From Ranitomeya imitator (lineage: Eukaryota): DNA of 64,000 nucleotides. The notes under the pieces were generated by a model. It ran no database searches. It was not told where the DNA came from and saw nothing but the letters and a program-made list of their open reading frames with translations. Position 1 is the first letter of the stretch; every line of letters begins with the position of its first letter. Of this stretch, positions 11,440 through 22,899 are shown one piece after another. The stretch spans positions 240,932,001 through 240,996,000 of the forward strand of contig NC_091285.1 in the NCBI RefSeq assembly GCF_032444005.1, read 5' to 3'. The position numbers and the translations under genes are program-made.

Positions 11440-11960
11440 GTCACACTATCATTGTCTTAAGCGCCGTTGTCACTACAACTGCTGCTACTGCAAAGTTCAG
11501 CCAATGTTGCCAACTGCTGAACTCCCTCACTTTCCTTTTTAGTTTGTTTCTCTGCTTGTAATTTTCTCATAAATCTTTCCTCGACCTAGGCTAGCTTTTT
11601 GTAAAATGGTCCCATGCTTCTACGACGACCATTTTCTATTTGAGCAAGCAAGAAGTCATCGACTTTCTGAAGTTTTATAAGTTTCATGGCATCAGCATGA
11701 GTGACATCAATCAAATCCTCAACTTTATTAGCAAATTGGTTCTCATTGGATTCTTTTTGTTTTGGTTCGCCATTTAGCATTCTTCGTGAGACTCTTTCAA
11801 TGACCAAACAAACTCAGCCATGACACATTCAACTGTGGAGCCGAACAGCTGATCAGCCGAATCGATCCAGGAAGCCGGGTTCCCTCTGCATCTTATTTGG
11901 CCGCTATAGCTTGCCGAATAAGCAGTGACCAGATGAAATTCTCTTATCTCTAATAACAAC
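11440..11960 (-). pseudogene. Heavily decayed DNA-transposon-like coding relic, superfamily not determined
   Basis: DLIDVTHADAMKLIKLQKVDDFLLAQIENGRRRSMG resembles, from memory, a motif in uncharacterised transposon-derived proteins. Multiple stops are present. Confidence 0.3.
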
Positions 11961-12216
11961 CAAAAGAAACAATGTTTTAAAGGATATTACAGATCATTAT
12001 GTGTAACAAGTATAGGGGGTGAGACCATTGACTTTGAATAAAACTAATCTTTTTTTTAGAACGCATTGTCACCCTTCCCGATTTCCTATTGTTTTGCATG
12101 TTTTTCACACTTAAATGTTTCAGTTCAAATGTTTCAGATCAAACAAATTAAAGTACTGTACAAAAGATAACACAAGTAAACACAAGATATAGTTTTTAAA
12201 TGAAGGTCTTTATTAC

Positions 12217-13030
12217 TAACCCCTTCACGCTGCAGCCCATTTTCATTTTTGCGTTTCTGCTTTTTGCTCCCCTGCTTTCCAGAGCCATAACTTTTTTATT
12301 TTTTTGCCAATATGGCCATGTGTGGACTTGTTTTTTGCTGGACGAGTTGTACTTTTGAAGGACACCATTTGTTTTACCATATCTTGTACTAGAAAATGGG
12401 GATAAAATCCAAATGTGGTGAAACTGCAACAAAAAAAGCGCAATTTCACAACTGTTTGGGTTTTTTTTTACAATGTCCAAAAAAATGCGAAAACTGCCAT
12501 TATGATTCTCAAATTCATTACGAGTTCGTAGATAATAAACATATATAGGTTTTTTTTATATGGTGAAAAAAAATCCAAAGTTTTGTAAAAAAATAATTTG
12601 GGTAATTTTCCGAGACCTGTAGTGGCTCCATATTTTGTGATCTGGGGCTGGATGAGGGCTTATTTCTTGTATGCCGAGCTGACCTTTTTACTGAAACTAT
12701 TTTGGTGTAGATACATTCTTTTGATTACCTGCGATAGCATTTTAATGCAATGTTGCATTTTGACTTTTTTTTTCGCTATGCTGTTTACCGATCGGAATAA
12801 TTCTTTTTATATCTTGATAAATCAGGCAATTCTGAACACAGTGATACCAAATATGTATATTTTTTAATTGTTTTATCTTGAATGGGACGAAAGGGGGGTT
12901 ATTTGATGTTTTATATCGTTTTTTATATTTTTAAAAACATTTTGTTTTACTTTTCACTTGCTTCAATAATTTCCATGGGAGACTAGAAGCTGCAATCTTC
13001 TGATCGTCTCTTCTACACAGAGGTGATGAT
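12217..13030. mobile_element. AT-rich non-autonomous DNA element fragment with an (T)TAA-CCCCTT-type end (piggyBac-like); other end missing
   Basis: CTAACCCCTTCACG start followed by T-tract-rich sequence typical of frog non-autonomous elements; abuts a Tc1 fragment at ~13030. Confidence 0.4.
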
Positions 13031-14224
13031 CATAATTTTGTTTTTCTTAAACAATTCAGAGGTGAACTTGCTGGTGTGTTTTGGATCATATTCCTGCTGT
13101 TATGCCTACGTGCACTTGAGGTCACAAACAGATGGTGAGACATTCTCCTTCAGGATTTTTTGTAGACAGCAGAATTCATGGTTCCACTAACCACAGCAAG
13201 CCTTCCAGGTCCTGAAGCAGCAAAACAGCCCCAGACCATCACACAACCACCCCTATATTTTAATGTTGGTTTTTCCAAAATGCTGTGTTACGTCTACACC
13301 AGATGTAATGGGACATACAACTTCCTAAAAGTTCAACTTTTGTCTTGTCAGTCCACAGAGTATTCTCATAAAAGTCTTGGGGATCATCTAGATGTTTTCT
13401 GGCAAAACTTAGACAAGCCTTTATGTTCTTATTGCCCAGCACTGGATTTCATCTTGGAACTCTCCCATGCAGACTATTTTTGCCCAGTCTCTTTCTTATG
13501 ATGGAGTCATGAACACTGACCTTAACTAAGGCAAGTGAGGTCTGCAGTTCTTTGAATGTTGTTGTGGGGTCTTTTGTGACCTCTTGGGTGAGTTGGCGCT
13601 GCACTCTTGGGGTAATTTTGGTAGGCCAGCCACTCATGGGAAGGTTCACCACTGTTCCATGTTTTTGAAATTTGTGGATAATGGCTCTCACTGTAGTTCG
13701 CTGGAGTCCCGTCGCAATGCTTTAGAAATGGCTTTATAACATTTTTCAGACTGATAGATATCAATTACTTTGTCTAGAATTTGTTCCAGGATTTCTTTAG
13801 ATCGTGGCATGATGTCTAACTTTTAAGGATCTTGTGGTCTACTTCACTTTGTCAGGCTGGTCCTATTTAAGTGGTTTATTGATTGAGAACAGGGGTGGCA
13901 GTGATCAGACATGGGTGTGGCTAGAGAATTTTAACTTAGCTTCTCAAAAATATATTAAACCACAGTTAATTCATGTTTTAAGGCTGCGGCAGTCACTTTG
14001 TCCACACAGGGCTCTGTAGGTTGGGATTTCTTTTTCCTTTAATAATAAAGACCCTTGTTTAAAAACACACACCTTGAGGGCGCATGCGCGGACTTTGATG
14101 GGGCCGGACGTGCTCTGCTGAGCTCCGCAGCCCGACGTCCAAATATACCCCCACCAAGCACCGGAACCGGGGAGATTTTATAATGAACGGATCCTCCTCT
14201 TACCTGAGAGCCCAGTGACTTATA

Positions 14225-15193
14225 ATGCCCAAGAAAGGGGGAGCTGGCCAGCCGGTGAGTCGCCTGATATCTGAGCTCCTGGCGGGCAGCGGCACAGGTA
14301 AAATGGCCGCCGCGCCTATCTCCACTCCCGCCCCGTCCTCACAGCTCAGTGCAGGAGCAGGTGACGAGGACTTAGACAAAGAAGGGGACGCTGTTATCTC
14401 CACCGCAGCGTTAACCAAAACCCTCCAGGAGACCTTTCGCACGGAACTCACCACTGCTATGCAGGCCGTTACCGCCCAGCTGCAGGATATTATTCAGCGC
14501 ACGACAAGTCTGGAGGAAAAGATGGATGCCACTGCGGAGGTGTTAGAGGAGGACCAAGAGACCCTCAAGCACCATGCGGACCGCATAATGGACCTTGATT
14601 TAAGAAGTGAGGACTTGGAAAACAGGTCCCGCAGAGGAAACATCAGGGTACGTGGACTGCCAGAATCTTATGTAGCATTAAAAGAGATGATTACCACGTT
14701 GTTCACAACACTTCTACCGGCTGCAGACCCTTCCCTACTGCATATCACTAGGATCCATAGATCTCTGGGTAAGCCGAGATCCTCAGACATCCCCAGAGAC
14801 TTAGTCCTTAAAATGCAATATGAGGAATCCAGGGACCTCATCCTGAATGCTGCAAGGCCGCTGGCTACACTACCTGGCCTTCCAAACTCTGTGCCTCTTT
14901 TTTCAGACATTGCACCAGCCACGCTGTTTCGCAGGGGAGCCCTAAAGCCAGTCACTACAGCCCTGCAAACAGCACAAGTTAAATACCGCTGGGGCTTTCC
15001 ATTCTCCCTATCCTTCACATATGGGAATGAACTACATATATGCCGTTCGTTGGAGGAGGGTAAAAAGGCCCTCGAACAAGCTGGACTACCATTCACTGAT
15101 TCCCCGCCACCACAACCGCAAAGAAGGCCACGTCTGACCAGAGAGTGGCAGCCTGCTCCTAAAACTAGGAGCCAACGCACACGAGTCACTTGA
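14225..15193 (+). CDS. L1 ORF1p (322 aa, intact)
   Basis: Coiled coil, then LENRSRRGNIRVRGLPE, RIHRSLG, PRDLVLK, LFSDIAPATLFRR and YRWGFPFSL, all L1 ORF1p-type motifs. Confidence 0.92.
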   Translation: MPKKGGAGQPVSRLISELLAGSGTGKMAAAPISTPAPSSQLSAGAGDEDLDKEGDAVISTAALTKTLQETFRTELTTAMQAVTAQLQDIIQRTTSLEEKMDATAEVLEEDQETLKHHADRIMDLDLRSEDLENRSRRGNIRVRGLPESYVALKEMITTLFTTLLPAADPSLLHITRIHRSLGKPRSSDIPRDLVLKMQYEESRDLILNAARPLATLPGLPNSVPLFSDIAPATLFRRGALKPVTTALQTAQVKYRWGFPFSLSFTYGNELHICRSLEEGKKALEQAGLPFTDSPPPQPQRRPRLTREWQPAPKTRSQRTRVT

Positions 15194-15505
15194 CTGGTTC
15201 TTAAAGGCTAATTTGTAACTTGATTTAGTTTTGCGGCTATATCGCAACCTACTGCTGGCTATGCCAAGTTCTACTGGTTTTACTGTTCCACACAGTTATA
15301 TTATTGAATATTCTTCCGGTTCCATGTTTATTTAGATAAGCCCGAATTTACCTAAACCCTAACCACCACATACCCTTCCATTTTTTTTCCTCCCTCTTTC
15401 TTCTCTTCCTTTTTACCTCCCCCCCTTTCATTATTATAACTTAGAAGGGCTTTGTGTTATAACGGGTTGGACCTCGGGTTCACCTCATGTTGCCTAACTT
15501 TGGTG

Positions 15506-18500
15506 ATGCCTGGATTGCTTTCTATTATGGCTCACAATGTGAGAGGGCTGAACTCACCTATTAAACGGAAAAAAAGCCTTTTTGGACTACCATAAACACA
15601 AACCTGATATTTTGTGTTTACAAGAAACTAATTTTTCCACTACTTCTTCACCTAACTACTTTGATTCTGGTTACTCCCGCTTCTATCTAGCTTCCTGGGT
15701 CCGCAAAACTAGGGGTGTGGCCATATTCCTCAAAAACATCTTTCCCTTCCATTTAACCGACTCATATTCGGACCCAAAGGGTAGGTTCATAATCCTACAA
15801 GGGACATTGCAGGGTAAAAACTTCTGTATTGTGAATAGTTATCTCCCCGCTACTACCCAACTGTCGGTATTTAAAATGATACTATCAAAACTATCCCTAA
15901 TCTCATACTATTACCTAGTTTGGTGTGGAGATTTCAATTTAGCCTTGAACCCGAGCCTGGATAGCGGTTCAGTACGCAGATCTGACATCACCAAGACTGA
16001 CAGAAAAAAAATTCTACGTATGATGAACGAGAATAGGTTGGTGGACATATGGAGGGAGGTAAATGGGCCTATGAGGGGCTACACATTCTTCTCACCAGTC
16101 TATAAATCGTATTCACGAATTGACCTACAAATAACGACAGCGAGTTCACCCACGACGGTCTTGTACTCGCGCCATGTTCCATCGACATGGTCGGATCACG
16201 ACTTCGTCCTATCTGTCTTTAAATTTGACATCACTACGTCCAACCTTTTAAAATGGAGATTAAATGAATCCCTAATCATAGATCCTTCAATATCATCTCA
16301 AATCGCAGAGGAACTAAAACTGTTCTTCCAAACTAATGCAACCAGTGAAGTCACCCCCGGGAATATTTGGATGGCCCATAAAAAGTTCATCACTGGCTCT
16401 TTAATCAAAATAGCCTCTTTTCGTAAAAAAAGCAGAACTGATCTCCAAAATAGACTAGAAACCTAACTATTTAAGCTTGAGCAGGCGAATCAATTATCTG
16501 CGTCTCGTTACCTAATAAAACAAATTCACAACGTTAAAAGGCAGTTGGATGCTATTCTCACTAGTAGAACGGAAAAGGCCATGGCATGGACCAGAGCCAC
16601 CTTCTATAAGCAGGCGAACAAACCCTCCAGAATGCTAGCACGTCAATTGCGAGCGAGAGAATTTATAAATACTATCCCCTCCATCAAGGATAATTCAGGG
16701 CATATATCAGCTCATCCCGAGACCATCTACAGAGTCTTCAAGATTATTACCAGAAATTATACTCCTCTCCCCAGGCACCTCCCACGAATCTTTTAGATTC
16801 TTTCTTACAGGACATAAACCTCCCCAAAATTACGGAACCTGTGGCACATCAGCTCCAGTCAGAAATTTTACCTGAGGAAATTAATCCAATAATTAAAAAT
16901 CTAAAAGCTAGAAAAGCACCGGGACCGGATGGCCTTTCAGCTCTCTACTATAAAAAATTTGGAAACCTCCTTATGCCCCATATTAAAAAATTTTGTAACG
17001 CCCTACTCACAGGGTCCCAAATGCCTCCCGAGTTCTATGTCACGCATGTTACAGTTATACCCAAGCCAAAACGAGACCACTTATTAGTTAAAAATTTCCG
17101 GCCCATCTCTTTACTAAACGTTGACCTAAAAATATTTACATCAATCATCACTGATAGACTTAATAAAATTCTCCCTTCGCTAATTCATCAAGATCAAGTA
17201 GGCTTTATTCCCATGAGGCAGGGCCCTGATAATATACGAAGAAACCTTAACATCATCCATTCAGCAAATAGTTCCCAAAAACCGCTCATGGTTTTAGCTT
17301 TAGATATTGAAAAAGCTTTTGACACAGTTACATGGCCCTACCTCTTTACAGTGTTGGCTAAATTTGGCTTCCCCAAAAAATTAATCTCATGCCTCCAGCT
17401 AATATATGACAAACCGACTGCCTACCTCAAACTCCCCTCGAACAAGCCTACCCCTATAGCTATACAACGAGGCACACGACAGGGATGCCCATTATCCCCT
17501 GCGCTATTTGCATTAGTCATGGAGCCATTAGCCGCAGCTATAAAAAATAACCCTAACATTCTAGGCCCTTCAGGTCTAGGCGAACAATATAAGGTTTTAC
17601 TTTTTTCGCGGATGACCTCCTTCTGACACTAACCAGCCCTTACTCCACTCTACCTAATCCATTCTCTCTCCTCCGCACATTTGAAAAAATTTCTGGCCTT
17701 AAAATTAATGTGGATAAATCGGAGGCTTTGTTTATCAACACCCCCAGGGAAGACCAAGATAATTTAGTTTCGCAATTCGGATTTACAAAGAAGGAACATT
17801 TTCTAACTTACCTGGGAATTAACCTTACAACCCACAAATCATCTCTTTTTAAATGGAACTACTCCCCCTTAATCAGAAATTTTCAAGCTGATATAACCAA
17901 GTGGTCACGTATGTCATTATCTTGGTTGGGCCGGCTGCATACAATAAAGATGATCTCCCTCCCAAGATTTTTATGTCTATTTAGGTCAGTCCCTGTTATG
18001 GTACCATCAAAAAGCCTCTGGGATATCCAGTCAACTATATCTAGATTTATCTGGAACGGTAAGAGACCCCGCATCAAACAAAATGTCATGTTTCTCCATA
18101 GAAAGATAGGTGGCCTATCGCTACCCAATTTTGCGCTATACTTTAAGTCCGCCCAAATAGCCCAAATGGCCAAACTTAATTCTAATTGCCATAGTCCCAG
18201 GTGGGTACAATTAGAATCTCATTTCCTACGACCACATTCACTTTGTGGCCTATTATGGTCTACTGAAAAACTCCCGCTAAATATTTTAGCTATAGCCCCT
18301 TTTTCGGCCCTCTCCCTAATCCTATGGAGGAAGGAGAGATTTTTAGTATGGATTGCAGTCCAAGTTTTCCCCCCTCATTTCCCTGTTTCATAATCCCATG
18401 TTCCTGCCAGGGTTGGAACCAGCACACTATTCCTGGTGGATTCTAAACGGGATTACCACGTTGAGACATCTTTGTTCACCGTTTAACTTATTACTCACCA

Positions 18501-19312
18501 GAAAAGAATTTGTTCAATGATATGAGCCACCGCCTAGAGAAGTCTTACGCATAAACGAGGTCCTCCATTTTGCTAGGCAGAACTCACCCCACGGGATCCC
18601 ATTCTGTCCAACTAGTTTTGAACAGAGGTGTATAAATGACCCAATGGGGAACGGGATGATATCCTTGCTATACTCTATGTTTAACATACCGCACACTGCA
18701 GGGAAATTAAAATATATGTTACAGTGGGAAGCGGATCTGGGACTTACCATGCCCATAGAGACATGGCATATTTGTTGCGACACACTATCAAAAGGCAGTC
18801 ATCAGACATCGTTGGCTGAAACATCACTTAAAGTACTACATAGAGCATATCATGTTCCAACAAGACTTCATGCCATATACCCTCACATTTCAGAAAATTG
18901 CTTTAGAGGCTGTAATGTTCCAGGCGATATGCTACATATTTGGTGGAAGTGCCCAGTCGCCAAGGCTTTATGGCATGAGATCAAATTGATTATTGACCAG
19001 ATCTTTGGTAAAATGATTCCCATGGATCCTACAGTATTCTTGCTGGGTAAGAAGCACCCCGGGTTTTCAAAGAGCCTGCAGAAATTGGTGACCACCATAT
19101 GTATGGCGACCAAAATTCACATAGCCGCCAAATGGAGAACTCCATCGTTGTCTATCTCACTGGTTAAAGATAGGGTGAATGAGATCCTACTATATGAACG
19201 AATTCAAGCTACCAGGAATGACGAGTGGAATGTTTTTTTTAAGACCTGGAACCCCTGGCTTGACGTTGGCTCCGGCGCTCATCTGGCTCAGGCCCTCACA
19301 CTATCCCCGTAA
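15506..19312 (+). pseudogene. L1 ORF2 (APE-RT-C-terminal Cys domain), broken by frameshifts and stops
   Basis: AHNVRGLNSPIKRKK, ILCLQET, CGDFN, SRID, SDH; KAPGPDG, QVGFIPMR, LDIEKAFD, QRGTRQGCPLSPALF; CFRGC..GDMLHIWWKCP. Spread over five ORF pieces. Confidence 0.92.
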
Positions 19313-19909
19313 ATAATCCCAAATGTATGAGCCGTATGTTAGTTTCGGTTACCTATATAGTAAAGTGGATCATCGGGGGATCTAGGGGTGCTCCCCTATA
19401 TGTTTATAATTCACACAATCTTGCATATTCCTGTTTGATTAAAACCCGAGCGCGTCTGAGTGTTTTATTATAATATTCTACCCCCTTCCGTGCTATACAT
19501 ATAACTATGCCCACAGCAATGAAGTTCTTAGCCCTGTTGTTTCTTTCCTTTGTCTGTATTTGTGTTGTATTTCCCATGTCTTTATGTCCGACCTACTCTG
19601 TGTTAAATTGACTCTTCCATTCAATAAGTGTTGCACTTACCAATAATTTACTTATATCTTCTACATGGAGGAGTATACATGTACTGTTAAGTTATGTTAT
19701 GTTAAAATTTCAAATAAACATATTGAAACTAAAAACACACACCTTGTGTGTGTTTACTTATATTAACTTTTTTCAAATATTCAATTTGATGATCTGAAAC
19801 ATTTAACAGTGACAAACATGCAAAAGTATAGGAAATAAGGAAACACTTTTTCACACCGCTGTATACCTTGTAAGAAAGCAGGAGGAAAAGTTCCTGGATG
19901 GCAGATATA

Positions 19910-21538
19910 CAGTGGGTACGGAAAGTATTCAGAGCCCTGTAAATTTTTCACTCAGTTTCATTGCAGCCATTTGTTAAATTCAAAAAAGTTCATTCTTTCA
20001 CATTAATGTACACTCTGCACCCTATCTTGACTAAAAAAAACAGAAATGTAGAAATTTTGCAAATTTAATAAAAAAGAAAAACTAAAATATCACATGGTCA
20101 TAAGTATTCAAACTCTTTGCTCAGACACTCATATGTAAGTCACATTCTGTCCATTTCCTTGTGATCCTCCTTGAGATGGTTCTACTCCTTCATTGGAGTC
20201 CAGCTGTGTTTAATTAAACTGATAGGACTTGATTTGGAAAGGCACACACCTGTCTATATAAGACCTCCCAGCTTACAGTGCATGTCAGACAAAATGAGAA
20301 TCATGAGGTCAAAGGAACTGTCCAAGGAGCTCAGAGACAGAATTGTGGCAAGGCACAGATCTGGCCAAGGTTCCAACAGAATTTCTGCTGTACTCAAGGT
20401 TCCTAAGAGCACAGTGGCCTCCATAATCTTTAAATGGAAGAAGTTTAGGACCACCAGGAGTCTTCCTAGACCTGGCCGTCCAGCCAAACTGAGCAATTGT
20501 GCGAGAAGAGCCTTGGTGAGAGAGGTAAAGAAGAACCCCAAGATCACTGTGGCTGATCTCCAGAGATGCATTAGGGAGATGGGAGAAAGTTCCACAAAGT
20601 CAACTATCACTGCAGCCCTCCACTAGTCGGGTTTTTATGGCAGAGTGGCCCAACCGAAGCCTCTCCTCAGTGCAAGACATACAAAAGCCCACATAGAGTT
20701 TGCTAATAAACACATGAAGGACTCCTAGACTATGAGAAATAAGATTCCCTTGTCTGATAAGACAAAGAGATGATGATTTGGTGATAATTTTAAATGGTAT
20801 GTGTGGAGAAAACCAGGCACTGCTCATCACCTGCCCAATACAATCCCAATAGTGAAACATGGTGGTGGCAGCATCATGCTGTGGGGGTGCTTTTCAGCTG
20901 CAGGTTAAAGATAACTGGTTGTCATTGAAGAAAACATGAATGTGGCCAAGTACAGGGATATCCTGGATGAAAACCTCTTCCAGAGTGCTCTTTACTTCAG
21001 ACTTGGCCAAGTGTTCACCTTCCAACAAAGCAATGACCCTAAGAACACAGCTAAAATACCAAAGGAGTGGCTTCAGAACAAGTCTGTGATCATTATTGAC
21101 TGGCCCAGCCAGAGCCCTGACCTAACCCCAATTGAGCATCTCTGGAGAGACCTGAAAATGGCTGTCCACCAATGTTCACCATTCAACCTGTCGGAACTGG
21201 AGAGAATCTTCAAGGAAGAATGGCAGATGATCCTCAAATCCAGGTGTGAAAAACTTGTTGCATCATTCCCAAGAAAACTCTTGGCTGTACTAGCTCAAAA
21301 GGTGCTTATACTCAATACTGAGCAAAGGATCTGAATACACTTATGACCATATGATATTTCAGTTCTTCTTTTTTGATAAATTTGCAAAAATTGCTACATT
21401 TCTGTTTTTTTCAGTCAAGATAGGATGCAGAGCTAACATTAATGAGAAAAAAATAAACTTTTTTGAATTTGCCAAATGGCTGCAATGAAACAAAGAGTGA
21501 AAAATTGTACAGGATATGAATACTTTCCATACCCACTG
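19910..21538 (+). mobile_element. Complete but decayed Tc1 element D
   Basis: TA|CAGTGGGTACGGAAAGTATTCA...TGAATACTTTCCATACCCACTG|TA. Transposase fragments at 20171-20626 and 20936-21334 (FQQSNDPKNT, WPSQSPDLTPIEHLW). Confidence 0.93.
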
Positions 21539-21756
21539 TACTATGTGTCACCAAGGTGGTTGGCCTCAGTACTGTAAAATCTGTAAAGGTAACACTAGGA
21601 TATTGAGAGGGTTAATTTGTCTGGATTTTGGGTCCAGGATTTACGAACAATCAAACAAGTCTGAGTGGAAAAGTTTGCTCCCATAATCCTGCATGGAGTT
21701 TACAGGACTAAAAGCAGCAGTTGGGTTAGTTCAGCAGTGTGGACTAGTGTTGAGCG

Positions 21757-21880
21757 ATACCTTCCGATATCGGAAAGTATCGGTATCGGATAGGATCGGC
21801 CGATATTCAAAAAATATCGGATATCGCCGATACCGATACCCGATCCCAATGCAAGTCAATGGGACCAAAATATCGGAATT
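21757..21880. repeat. Left subterminal CCGATA/TATCGG cluster (putative transposase-binding sites)
   Basis: About ten CCGATA(C/T) or TATCGG hexamers in both orientations just inside the TIR. Confidence 0.75.
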
Positions 21881-22059
21881 AAAATAAACCCTTTCTTGCC
21901 TTGTAGGTTCATTCTACATGAAGGAAAACAACTAAGAATAATGCCGGATGTATTTGGGGAGGTGGCGGAGACATTAAAGTCATAGAGGTTTATCCCAATC
22001 AAATAGAATAGCATGTTTTTTTTTTTTTTTAAGACGTTCGGAGTGACAAAGATATTGAC

Positions 22060-22380
22060 TATGTAAATTTTTTTTTTATTTTGTCAGATATTGATGTTTC
22101 ACTATTCCACGCCCTTCCCCTTCTTTTTTTTCTTTTTTTTTTTTTTACTTTTCCCACACTTTCATCTTCATCATCATCATCAGCATCTTTGACATCAACT
22201 TCTTCTTCACCTTATTCATCTTCTTCTTCATCCTTTACCTTTTTTTTTTTTTTTGATTACATTCTTCATATTCATTTTATTCAACTATTATTATTCTTCC
22301 TATTCTACATATTCTTTTTATTCCACTGTTATTATTCTTCCTATTCTACTTCTTCATCATATTCTCATTTGTGACAGGCA
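22060..22380. repeat. Low-complexity poly-T, (TCT)n, (CAT)n and (TAT)n tract
   Basis: Directly visible triplet runs. Confidence 0.9.
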
Positions 22381-22639
22381 TTCCCTTAGTTGTTATCTAT
22401 AAAAGTTTGAAGATTACACCTTCCGTTCTGCCAGTCACAAAAGTTACATTTGTCCGCGTTCAGTTTGGCCTGCAGCATCAGGCTTTATCCAGGGGCACCA
22501 CGAGGAGGAACGGACTCACCCCCATACACTGCTTAGTCTTCTTCTGCATATAATTTAGATAATATATTTTGCTCTGATATTAAGTCTTATGCTTAATGTT
22601 CTTCTGCTCTTTGTTCTGCAGCCTCTTGTTCTTCTGCTT

Positions 22640-22830
22640 CTCGGTCTTCCATGTCGTCGTCTCCAGGGTCGTCGTCTCCAGTGTCGTCATCTCCGCCGTC
22701 GTCGTCTCAGCCGTCGTCGTCTCCGCCGTCGTCGTCTCCGCCGTCGTCGTCTCCGCCGTCGTCGTCGTCATCGGGGTGGTCTTCCGGGTCGTCGTCATCG
22801 GGGTGGTCTTCCGGGTCGTCGACTTTAGGG
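22640..22830. repeat. GTC-rich minisatellite (15-bp GTCGTCGTCTCCGCC-type units plus a 27-bp duplication)
   Basis: Directly visible; produces the TTTAE and SSSPP low-complexity ORFs. Confidence 0.9.
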
Positions 22831-22899
22831 TCTTCAACTTGGAAATGTAGCAGAAGGTACAAGAAGGCTGAGAAAATGCCAAGAACCAGCTGATGGAAC

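Larger units (their letters stand above)
14077..19729 (+). mobile_element. Full-length L1-clade LINE (5.65 kb) with a 17-bp TSD
   Basis: TAAAAACACACACCTTG occurs at 14060-14076 and 19730-19746. It has a CpG-rich 5' UTR, ORF1, ORF2 fragments and AATAAA at ~19713. Confidence 0.95.
13030..19861 (-). mobile_element. Decayed Tc1 element C, interrupted by the L1
   Basis: Transposase remnants MPRSKE (ATG 13810), KHGTVVNLPMSGWPTKITPR and LWTDKTKVEL. The TIR end CACACCGCTG|TA is at 19861; the other end is not found. Confidence 0.82.

Noticed and set aside
22580-22893. Mucin- or antifreeze-like TTTAE and SSSPP ORFs
   Set aside because: All frames on both strands are open because of the GTC minisatellite; no signal peptide or gene context.
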